Counted from the first letter of the stretch, positions 8,195 through 16,618 are shown. The stretch is DNA of 16,878 bases from Calditrichia bacterium (GCA_037381445.1 JARRQT010000051.1:1-16878), one strand, 5' to 3'. Translations and numbers: made by a program. Notes: a model not told the origin generated them from the letters alone.

Positions 8195-9604
8195 TCAGTT
8201 CTCCGGCTTTCCCTCACATCTGGGCGACAAATCAAATATTTTCCCGGGATTCAAAATATTATTGGGATCCAGAAACTCCTTCATTTTTCGCATCATCCCC
8301 AGCGCGCCCGGATCCAGCCATTTCTGCAGAAACTGTTTTTTGGCTAATCCGACGCCATGTTCACCGGTAATGGTGCCTCCCAATTGTACGGTGACTTCAA
8401 ATATTTCTTCAAAGGCCTGTTCCACGCGTTTTATTTCCTCGCTGTCGCGTTCATCGGTTAATCCGGTGGGGTGAAGGTTACCATCGCCGGCATGGCCGAA
8501 ATTGCCGATGGTAACATTGTATTTTTTGGCAATTTCCTGAACCTTCATCACCAGCGGTGCCACCTGGTTGCGCGGCACTGTGGCGTCTTCCAGAATAGTG
8601 GTTGGTCTGGAGCGGGCGAGCGCGGAAAAAGCAGCCCGCCGGGCCGTCTTAAGTGTGTCAGCCTCCTGTTCATCTTTGGCAATCTTGAGGTCCGCCACAT
8701 GGTTCTTGCGGCAAATTTCCATTATTTTATGGGCGTCCTCTTCTACCTCCCCTTTATAACCGTCCGCCTCGATCAGGAGCAAAGCTTCTTTGTCGACAGG
8801 AAGTCCGATGCGGGCATAATCTTCCACGCAGCGTATGGTGGTATTATCCAGAAATTCCAGTGTCGCCGGAATAATGCGACTGGCGATGATGGCGGAAACA
8901 GTATTGGCGGCGTCCTGAATGGAGTCGAATATTGCCAGCATGGTCTTGATGGACTGCGGTTTGGGGATCAGTTTAAGCAGTATCTTTGTAAAAATCCCCA
9001 GGGTGCCTTCCGAACCCACAAAGAGATCTTTCATGTTATAGCCTGCCACATCCTTTACCGTTTTGCCGCCGAATGCGGCAATGTCACCTGTGGGAAGTAC
9101 CACTTCCAGACCCATGACATAATTTTTGGTAACGCCATATTTCAAACCACGCAGGCCGCCTGCATTTTCGCCTACGTTTCCGCCGATGGTGCAGATGCTC
9201 ATGCTGCCGGGATCCGGCGGATAAAAGAGGCCGATATTCTCCACGGCGGCATGAAAATCTGCGGTAATGACTCCCGGTTGTACCCATGCGGTCAGGTTCT
9301 CCTGGTCTATCTCCAGAATGCGATCCCAGTGGTTCATCAACAGGATGATTGAATTTTCCTGCGGGATTGCACCGCCGCTCAGTCCCGTACCCGATCCCCG
9401 GGGAACGATGGCGAATTTTTCCCGATTTGCCATTTTGACTATCTCTGAAACATGGCCGGTATCCCGGGGAATGACAATCGCTTCCGGTGTGTGGGCCAGT
9501 AATTGGGTCCCATCGTAAGAATAGGCGATGCGGTCTTCCGCTGATGTCAGCAAGTTGTTCTTTCCGACAATGGTTTCAATCTCTTCAAGAAAGGCAGGCA
9601 GCAT
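8195..9604 (-). CDS. glcD: FAD-linked glycolate/D-lactate oxidase subunit (GlcD-like)
   Basis: Motifs PRGSGTGLSGG, YPPDPGS, TIGGNVGENAGG, GSEGTLG, GHAGDGNLH, GEHGVG and LNPGK. Start set at ATG 9604 with a GGAG SD, rather than TTG 9658. Confidence 0.92.
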   Translation of the reverse strand: MLPAFLEEIETIVGKNNLLTSAEDRIAYSYDGTQLLAHTPEAIVIPRDTGHVSEIVKMANREKFAIVPRGSGTGLSGGAIPQENSIILLMNHWDRILEIDQENLTAWVQPGVITADFHAAVENIGLFYPPDPGSMSICTIGGNVGENAGGLRGLKYGVTKNYVMGLEVVLPTGDIAAFGGKTVKDVAGYNMKDLFVGSEGTLGIFTKILLKLIPKPQSIKTMLAIFDSIQDAANTVSAIIASRIIPATLEFLDNTTIRCVEDYARIGLPVDKEALLLIEADGYKGEVEEDAHKIMEICRKNHVADLKIAKDEQEADTLKTARRAAFSALARSRPTTILEDATVPRNQVAPLVMKVQEIAKKYNVTIGNFGHAGDGNLHPTGLTDERDSEEIKRVEQAFEEIFEVTVQLGGTITGEHGVGLAKKQFLQKWLDPGALGMMRKMKEFLDPNNILNPGKIFDLSPRCEGKPEN

Positions 9605-10043
9605 GGGCGATTTCTCCAATGATTTTATTAAAAATAAGTACTTAACCCTGAATTTCAAAAATTATATTTTAATTTTTTAATGACCAAAAATTTCCGGAAG
9701 TCATTGTGTGACCAGAAACCGCCTCAGATAATCAAAAATGGGTTTTGACATATAGCCAATTAAACGGTTTGAGATTTTCGGACAAGCGCCGGCTGCTGTT
9801 TTACAGGTTTGTTTCCAAATATCATGACGTGGATGGCCTGGATCGACGCCGCCAGATTGCCTCTAATATCATCGTTGATCACCTGGAAAAATCAACCGAA
9901 AATATCGAATATTAATTCTGAGCCTGCCGTGCGGTCGGGGTTTAAGCTTGAAATTGTCATAAATTTACTCAAATACCAAAAGGAATATCGGGAATATGGG
10001 CTCAAGGATTTTTGGGGAAATCGATAATCGGTAAGAGGTCACT

Positions 10044-10910
10044 CTATCTTTTCATAGTCTGAATGCCTGCGTCAAAATACAGCGCTGCCGCTCCCAGAAT
10101 GGCGATTTGCGGAATAACTCCCGGCTCAACAACAAGGCGTACAGTCGAGCGTTTATATGGAAAATCGTTTATGCTTTGCCGCATGGCTTCTTTAAAAAAT
10201 GGAAAAGCCTGACTGATTGAGCCGCCCAGAATAAGGGCCTCCGGATCGACGGCGAACAGGATGGTTTTGATCGCTTCTCCCAAATGTTTTCCGAATTGTT
10301 CATAGGCCTCCAGTGATTGTCGATCTCCGTTTTTTGCCCTGTCGAAAAAATCGGTTCCGGTTCTGCCATATTGATTTGCGAAAAACTGTCCGCTGCAATA
10401 GTCTTCGTAAATGCCGTCCAGATAAGGAATTGAACCGAATTCACCAGCACCGCAGTTTATCCCGGCATAAAGCCGGTTGTTGATGATGACCCCGGCGCCA
10501 AGCCCGGTTCCGATTGTCAGACCAACCATGTTTTTGTACGGTTTGCCCTTGCCGTAGTATTTTTCGCCAACGGCAAAGCAATTGGCGTCATTGTTGACAT
10601 AGACAGGCTTTCGAAACCGCTCTTCCACGATTTGCTTCAGTTGGACTTCTTTCCAGGACGGGATATTTTGTACATTGTAAACAACGCCCTTTTCAACATC
10701 CACCAGGCTGGGCACCCCGATTCCAATGCCCGCCACTTCCGGATCGAACACCTTTTCGATTGCCTGCAGAATCTCATTCAAAACCTGTTTCTCACTTCCT
10801 CTGGCAGAAATTGGGACAGTGTCATGCGCTGCTATATGGTTCCCCTCAACTCGGCCAACTTTGACCGCAGTGGCCCCAAAATCAACCCCGACAATACTTT
10901 CATCGGACAT
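10044..10910 (-). CDS. ROK-family sugar kinase (hexose/hexosamine kinase)
   Basis: GVDFGAT phosphate loop, NNDANCFAVGE, GTGLGAG and GAGEFG. No N-terminal HTH, so a kinase rather than a repressor. Confidence 0.92.
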   Translation of the reverse strand: MSDESIVGVDFGATAVKVGRVEGNHIAAHDTVPISARGSEKQVLNEILQAIEKVFDPEVAGIGIGVPSLVDVEKGVVYNVQNIPSWKEVQLKQIVEERFRKPVYVNNDANCFAVGEKYYGKGKPYKNMVGLTIGTGLGAGVIINNRLYAGINCGAGEFGSIPYLDGIYEDYCSGQFFANQYGRTGTDFFDRAKNGDRQSLEAYEQFGKHLGEAIKTILFAVDPEALILGGSISQAFPFFKEAMRQSINDFPYKRSTVRLVVEPGVIPQIAILGAAALYFDAGIQTMKR

Positions 10911-10949
10911 AAAGAGATTTCCTTACTTTGCGATTAAATTGTTTGTTCA

Positions 10950-11019
10950 GGAAAATGGAATAATGGAAATGCGGAATTATGGAAATATGGAAATATGGAA
11001 ATATGGAAATATGGAATAT
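10950..11019 (+). repeat. 8-bp tandem repeat (GGAAATAT)n, nine units
   Basis: Four perfect GGAAATAT units at 10981-11012, flanked by GGAAAAT, GGAATAAT, GGAAATGC, GGAATTAT and GGAATAT. Confidence 0.95.
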
Positions 11020-11043
11020 CCGGCATCTAACTACCAGCTCCCC

Positions 11044-11197
11044 TTCCAACGCTCCATTCCTCCAGCATTCCACTCACTTTATCATCAAAATTTCAATTAT
11101 CCCATCAAGCAGCCAGCATTCCGAATCCAACACTCCATTACTCCAATACTCCACTCAATTCATTCTCCCAACATCCGTCATCCCATCCAGCATCCAG
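11044..11197 (+). repeat. Degenerate 8-bp periodic TCCA repeats, opposite orientation to 10950-11019
   Basis: TTCCAACG CTCCATTC CTCCAGCA TTCCACTC from 11044. TCCAACAC TCCATTAC TCCAATAC TCCACTCA at 11126-11157. CATCCAG x2 at 11184-11197. Confidence 0.85.
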
Positions 11198-11219
11198 TGA
11201 AATGAAGCAAAAATAAGGA

Positions 11220-12488
11220 TTATCCCTGCTGCACCACAACCTCGGTTTTTTTGCTGCGGATCGTTGCATTGGCGATCAAAGGCTTGGCCCAGAAACCGAT
11301 ACTCAGGATATAACCGAGCGTCAGATACAGGAACAGCATGCCGAACCGCAGTCCGAAAATATCGCCCAGTCCGCCGATTATCAACGGTACGATGGCGCCG
11401 CCGATAATGGCTGTGCAGAGAATGCCGGAAAAGGAGCCATGATGTTTGTCCACCGAATTCAATCCCAGCGAGAAGATGATCGACCACATGACCGAGGCAA
11501 AGAAGCCAAGCAAAGGAAATGCATACAAAGCCATTCGTGCCGTCCCGAAAAGGGCAAAGGAGAGGCAGAGGATTGCCGCCCCGGCAAACCAGATCAGCAC
11601 TCTGCGGCTGTCGAAAAGTTTGAGCAGGATCAGGCCCAGGAGACAACCTGCGGTCATCAGGCCCCAGAAATAGGAAACGGCATTGGCGCCGGTTGTCTGC
11701 GGATCGAAACCATGGTAGGTAGAGAGAAATTCGGAAATCCAGTTGGCGATGCCCTGCTCGGTCCCCACATAGGCGAAAATGCCGAAGAAAAACAGAATCA
11801 CGTATTTGTTGCGGAACAGCTCCCTGTGCGTCTGCCACGCGCCGGCTTTTTCATCCTCCTTTAGTTCCACTTTGGGCAGCCTGGACAGGCCGAGGATTAT
11901 CACCATAAACAGCGCCACAATGCCAAACAGCCAGTAGAGCGATATCCAGGGAAGGTGAGATGGCACAATTCCGGCGAAGGTACTGACGATAAAATCACCA
12001 CCGCCCCGGTAGTCCTGCAGATTGGTAACCAGGTAGGAAAAAACCTGCGGACTGATAAAAGAGGCCAGTCCGAAAATCAACTGGGCCATAACCGAGTTGA
12101 AAGCAAAATGCTCCTCGCCGCCCGCCGTGCGCAGCAGGGGATTGATGGCAACCTGCAGAATTGCCATGCCGATCCCGATGGAAAACAGCGAAATGAGATA
12201 GACCGGAAAGTGAGGAATAATTGCAAAAAGAAATGCCGCCGCGGATGCCAGAACGAAGGCAATGAGCATCACCCGTTTTTCACGATATTTTTCCACCATC
12301 ATCCCGGCCGGAATAGACATGACCCCGTACGCGATAAAAAAAGCAAATGGCAGAAATCCAGCCATGGTCAAACTGAGGCCGAAACTCCTTTTCACATCCG
12401 GGATCAGCGGTCCCAGAATATTCGTCAAAAATGAGATCACGAAAAAAGTCAGGAAAACGAGACTGACGATAAAATAATTCCGTTTCAT
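11220..12488 (-). CDS. MFS sugar transporter, FucP/GluP (fucose/glucose-galactose/NagP-like) family
   Basis: About 12 TM helices. FHS-family motifs AFFIAYGVMSIPAG, LQVAINP, IFAYVGTE, SVMWSIIFSL and AIIGGAIVP. ATG 12488 has GGAGG 7 nt upstream. Confidence 0.92.
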   Translation of the reverse strand: MKRNYFIVSLVFLTFFVISFLTNILGPLIPDVKRSFGLSLTMAGFLPFAFFIAYGVMSIPAGMMVEKYREKRVMLIAFVLASAAAFLFAIIPHFPVYLISLFSIGIGMAILQVAINPLLRTAGGEEHFAFNSVMAQLIFGLASFISPQVFSYLVTNLQDYRGGGDFIVSTFAGIVPSHLPWISLYWLFGIVALFMVIILGLSRLPKVELKEDEKAGAWQTHRELFRNKYVILFFFGIFAYVGTEQGIANWISEFLSTYHGFDPQTTGANAVSYFWGLMTAGCLLGLILLKLFDSRRVLIWFAGAAILCLSFALFGTARMALYAFPLLGFFASVMWSIIFSLGLNSVDKHHGSFSGILCTAIIGGAIVPLIIGGLGDIFGLRFGMLFLYLTLGYILSIGFWAKPLIANATIRSKKTEVVVQQG

Positions 12489-12512
12489 ATTCAAGCCTCC
12501 GTATTAATGAAA

Positions 12513-12772
12513 AGCTGTCAGCATTCAGCCGTCAGCGATCAGCAGTTTTGCCAAAATTACATTGCCACAAAAACTCCAAGACTCAAAGCAATATTCAAAA
12601 ATACTTGCATTTTTTTACTCCATTACTCCATTACTCCATCCATTCCATACTTCCATTCTTCCATACTTCCACAAAGGCAAAAGCCAATTTTTGTATCACC
12701 GCATCTTTTCAGCCCATTATTCCAGCTATTCTGTGTTTCCAATATTCCGACATCCATTCTTCCATCATTCCC
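12513..12772 (+). repeat. Mosaic of short-period repeats between GH2 and MFS genes
   Basis: AGCnnTC x4 (12513-12540). CCACAAAA/ACTCCAAG/ACTCAAAG (12565-12588). TACTCCAT x3 plus four variants (12616-12672). A further ~8-bp periodic TCC tract at 12713-12772 overlaps the GH2 stop. Confidence 0.85.
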
Positions 12773-15389
12773 CCGCTACCACATTCCACCCCTCATACGA
12801 AAACACCGGTTTCTCTCCGTTTAAATCCTGTTCAGCAAAAGTTGCACTAATAGTTCTCGTTTCGCCGGGGAGAATGGATACATAATTGTCATCCCAGAAA
12901 ACAGGCAGGATGGTTTGGCCGCTTTTATCGCCGGTGACTTTCAGCTCGATAAAAAAGGCAAGGTTATTCGTGGGATTCTCCATAGTCACTGTCACCTTCC
13001 TGTTTTTACCGGTCTTTTCAAACCGGTGCTGTACATTGATCGCAACCTGGGGCAAACCGCGCAGCGAAGTGAAGTCAGCATATTCCTTTGTCGGCGTAAC
13101 GTACCAGAGCGATTTGGCGTCGTCCGGCACATCCTTTTTTGTGGAAAGCCAGTAGAAATTGCTGCCGACGACTTTGCCCATATCACTTTTCAATTTCAAA
13201 TCGACAAAATAGACCGGCGTTATTCCTTCCATTTCGGGTAAATTGAGGATTTTCTTCGATGTGTTTTCATCCATATTGATCCGGATGTCCTTGGAGAAAA
13301 CCGTCTCTGACTGCAGGTTCAACATCCGAATCTCAGCCTGAAAATTTTTGAATGAATTGAGCTTATCGCTTACCACATAGATTCCGTTGTCGCCGTAATT
13401 ATAAACAATGTTCAGCGGCTGAGAGGCGGTTTTGGTGCCGTAGAAGGCGCCGTTGGGCATGAGGTAATAATCATAAAGCTGCCAGAACATGGCCGGCCAG
13501 GCGGAATTCAGCATCCACTGAATAATTCCGGTGGTCTTGAATTTGTTCACGCTGAAAGCCTCGAACATGGCCCGGATGGCTTCGTAGTTGGTAATCTGTG
13601 CCTTCATGGCAAAATCCTTCACATTTTCGGGAGGGCCGTATCGCTGGTCCAGCGCATCCAAGTAACGCTCCATTGTTCTAAACATCCCCCGGTTGCAGTG
13701 GAAATTCCAAACGCTGTCAATGGGCCACAGATGATCTTTGGGTATCATTTTTTCAATGCTTTCCAACGGAGGCGGCTGCGGCCCGGGGCCGGTCTCCGTA
13801 TTGAAACCGAACGCACCGCCGTGAGTCGTATCGGTGTACCAATAAACCGGCGGCACATAATCGTATGGGCCGTTCATTTTCACTCCCGTTGGGCCGCTGA
13901 CCTCGCTTACCTTAGTGCCGCACGAACGCAGTGTCGGACGCGTATCGTCCAGGCCGGGCAGAATCTCCTCATATTTCTGCTCCAGTTTGGGCCTGGGCAG
14001 CTTGTCACTTCCCAACACCCAGACAAATATGCTGGGGTGATTGCGCAGCCACAGGATTTGATCACGCAAATATTCCGAAACCAGTGCGATGTCCTCCGGA
14101 CTTTTGATTCCGCCAAACTCATCGGTTTCTTTTCCCACAAGATTTTTCCATTCCCATTGGCAGCTCCATCCGGCCATCACCAATATGCCGTACTTATCGC
14201 AGAGATCGAACAGCGTCTGGCTGTTTCCCCAGAAACCTTCCAGCCGGATGGTGTTCAAATTCATATGCCTCACATATTTGATCTGTGATTCGATTTTTTC
14301 CGGGTCTTCCACCAGCATCATATCGTCGGTCCAGCCGCCGCCGCGAATCACAATCTTCTTGCCGTTGATTTTATAGCCGCGATGGCCTTCATCATTGAAA
14401 TAATCCGACACCTCCCGAATGCCGAACCGGACTGATCGCATATCGGAAGTCTGCTTGTTGGCGCTGACAGAAAGTGTCAGTTGATAAAGATTGGGCTCGC
14501 CCAGATTGTTAGGCCACCACGGCTTCGGATTTTGGACATTTAACTGTTTGAATTTGGCGGGACTGAATGTGATCTTTTTCTGCTCGTGCGGGTTGAGAGA
14601 ATAGGATTGCTGAAACTCAATGCCTCCAATTTCTCCCTTGAGTTCTCCGGACTGCGATTCTCCGGTCCGGTTGTCCAGCACGGTGCTGATCGTAATTGCT
14701 GCCTGATCCAGCGTTTCCAGATCCAGTTTGGTTTGCACAAATGGCCGGTCAATTGCGACCGGACCGCTGAATTCCAGTTGCACATCACGCCAGATTCCCA
14801 TGGCAGAATCGGGCGGCATGGGATTCCAATCTACAAAGCCGATGGTGAAATCACCGGGTTTTGGCGGAAAGACTTCGACGGCGAGGACATTTTTCCCGCT
14901 GCAAATGTGACCTGTGATATCAAACCTGAAGCGGCGGTATGCTCCAAAGGTGGAATCTGCCGAAGCGATTTGTTCCTGATTCAACCAGATATTGGCCCGG
15001 TAATTGATTCCGTTGAAAGTTAGGCGAATATGTCTGGCCGCCTGTTTTTTGTTCAGCACAAATTCATTGCGATACCACCACGGTTGCCTGAACTGTTCTG
15101 TGGGAATCCGGCTCAGGTTCTCGCCAAAATAGGGATTTTTATATTTCCCGTCTTTCACCAGTGCTGCAAGAACAGTTGATGGCACGGTGGCCGGATACCA
15201 GCCGATTGTATCGATTTTGGCACCCGATACCTCTTTGCCGGTAAGCTCAGCGCCGGCGTGAATTGCCCAACCGGAGCTCAACTCTTGATCTTGGCAAAGT
15301 GACTGACCGCTTCGCTGGCATGAAAGAAATAGCACACAAAATGGGAAAATGAGCAGAGCATAACGAAAACACCTCTTTAGTTTGAACAT
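12765..15389 (-). CDS. GH2 exo-beta-D-glucosaminidase (CsxA-like), putative lipoprotein
   Basis: GH2 architecture (FNGINYRANIWLN, WWPNNLGEPNLY, FGIR, IRLEG, LRNHPSIFVW). The acid/base motif is GSD (Asp) instead of the usual GNE. GFNTETG nucleophile and WMLNSAW match Amycolatopsis CsxA as I recall it. Lipobox FLSC at residue 24 from ATG 15389. Confidence 0.88.
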   Translation of the reverse strand: MFKLKRCFRYALLIFPFCVLFLSCQRSGQSLCQDQELSSGWAIHAGAELTGKEVSGAKIDTIGWYPATVPSTVLAALVKDGKYKNPYFGENLSRIPTEQFRQPWWYRNEFVLNKKQAARHIRLTFNGINYRANIWLNQEQIASADSTFGAYRRFRFDITGHICSGKNVLAVEVFPPKPGDFTIGFVDWNPMPPDSAMGIWRDVQLEFSGPVAIDRPFVQTKLDLETLDQAAITISTVLDNRTGESQSGELKGEIGGIEFQQSYSLNPHEQKKITFSPAKFKQLNVQNPKPWWPNNLGEPNLYQLTLSVSANKQTSDMRSVRFGIREVSDYFNDEGHRGYKINGKKIVIRGGGWTDDMMLVEDPEKIESQIKYVRHMNLNTIRLEGFWGNSQTLFDLCDKYGILVMAGWSCQWEWKNLVGKETDEFGGIKSPEDIALVSEYLRDQILWLRNHPSIFVWVLGSDKLPRPKLEQKYEEILPGLDDTRPTLRSCGTKVSEVSGPTGVKMNGPYDYVPPVYWYTDTTHGGAFGFNTETGPGPQPPPLESIEKMIPKDHLWPIDSVWNFHCNRGMFRTMERYLDALDQRYGPPENVKDFAMKAQITNYEAIRAMFEAFSVNKFKTTGIIQWMLNSAWPAMFWQLYDYYLMPNGAFYGTKTASQPLNIVYNYGDNGIYVVSDKLNSFKNFQAEIRMLNLQSETVFSKDIRINMDENTSKKILNLPEMEGITPVYFVDLKLKSDMGKVVGSNFYWLSTKKDVPDDAKSLWYVTPTKEYADFTSLRGLPQVAINVQHRFEKTGKNRKVTVTMENPTNNLAFFIELKVTGDKSGQTILPVFWDDNYVSILPGETRTISATFAEQDLNGEKPVFSYEGWNVVAGE

Positions 15390-16238
15390 TTTTCGTGTCC
15401 CTTTTGAATTGAACAATTATTGGATTTATAGGAATCATTTCAATCCGGGTATTATGTTTTACGGGATTCGATCTGGTGACACTCATTTCATGGTCAGGTT
15501 ATCTTAACAAGCTCAGAAATTTTATGGGCAGCAGGCACTGAAACGCTCTGGGTTTATAAGAAGATTAGCCGATGGATTTCCATCCCTTCCGGTTTTGGCA
15601 TTAGTTCTTTCATAACATCCAAATTATATTATTGCCGACATTTAAGAGGTCCAATGTGCAGCATTTTGCCCCTGGCCAGGGTACCAATAGATCATAATCT
15701 AGAGATCACCTATCCCATGAAATATAGAATGATAAATATCCGGGAAAAACAAATCTGAGAATCTTCTGCTTTTTCATTTTATTTTAGATTGCCTAGAGCA
15801 ATTTATTCAAATTGGTTGGGTCATGATTTTCTTTTGCAGATTATTTTATGCTTCGGCAAGAATTATTCTTCCCTTTATATTGAACAATGCATCCAATATA
15901 ATTTTAAACCGTGATTTAATCAAGTGTGAAGCTTAAAAACTGCCAAATTTTCATTATTAAATCGGTTCTGAAAAATATTTTTTGATGCGATGGTCTTGAG
16001 GTAATGGATATATTAGATAGTTGAGGAATTCGCATTAGGCCTAATTCTTTTCATAGTAATACCGGGAAATTTTGATTTAATCTTTCATTATGCTTATATA
16101 TGGATCTTTTTTATAGCATAAAGCCGCTTCTCCAGATTCTGCCCATAATTTTGTGTAAAAAGAGATAAAAGAATAAAAAGTGAGTCATATCCATCCTAAA
16201 TTTTATTAAGGCGAATCAATAAAAAGAAAGGAAAAGAT

Positions 16239-16370
16239 ATGACTCAACGGAAAGATAGTTCATCGGTAAAGGAAATACAATCAGAATTGACCACAATGTG
16301 GAAAGTTTTTTCGATGACCAGGAATTTTAAAGGAAGTGATATCGAGGAACCTGCAGAGTGTTTTAAATAA
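16239..16370 (+). CDS. Possible 43-aa small protein, unknown function
   Basis: ATG with AAAGGA 6 nt upstream. Sequence MTQRKDSSSVKEIQSELTTMWKVFSMTRNFKGSDIEEPAECFK*. No recognised homology. Confidence 0.3.
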   Translation: MTQRKDSSSVKEIQSELTTMWKVFSMTRNFKGSDIEEPAECFK

Positions 16371-16394
16371 GGAGTTTAGTGAATTCATCGGTGC

Positions 16395-16529
16395 CTGGTC
16401 AATCAACATAAAAATCTTGGCGATTATTCGATGACCTGGAATTTGGTTAATTTTGGTTCCGGCGTGTATTATTTTAAAATGGAGGCTGGCAACTTTGTTG
16501 AAGTTAGGAAAGGCATTTTGATAAAATTG
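16395..16529 (+). pseudogene. Relic of a T9SS type A (Por secretion) C-terminal sorting domain
   Basis: Reads LVNQHKNLGDYSMTWNLVNFGSGVYYFKMEAGNFVEVRKGILIK, matching the LVN...G.Y.V.W.....SGVYFY...AG.F...KKM.L.K pattern. In-frame TGA upstream at 16380-16382. The frame continues to TAG 16593-16595. Confidence 0.8.
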
Positions 16530-16618
16530 GCTGAACTGGAAATCTTGGCCATCGGAGCGCTGGCTGTGAATGTTTCGAATATCAGAGCACTGTAGACCCT
16601 CAGCCTTGCTACAGTCGA

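Noticed and set aside
8471..9352. 293-aa + strand ORF
   Set aside because: Lies wholly antisense to the well-supported glcD and has no recognisable motifs; a shadow ORF.
10726..11205. ORFs 10726..11205 and 10979..11200 with repeated MEIWKYGN
   Set aside because: These are translations of the 8-bp DNA repeat. The same applies to ORFs 12507..12824, 12548..12850 and 12562..12885.
11155..11838. 227-aa minus-strand ORF overlapping the MFS gene
   Set aside because: Alternate frame of a clear transporter gene, with Arg-rich composition typical of off-frame translation.
15670..15681. 12-bp palindrome CCCTGGCCAGGG, and GATGGA-TT-TCCATC at 15571-15584
   Set aside because: Short isolated palindromes are expected by chance in 17 kb, and there is no second copy or supporting context.
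15390..15760. glmS ribozyme, LacI operator or third AraC site upstream of the GH2 operon
   Set aside because: No glmS core was seen. TGAAACGC (15539-15546) is only a half-site, and AATATAGAAT (15721) lacks a second box at the right spacing.
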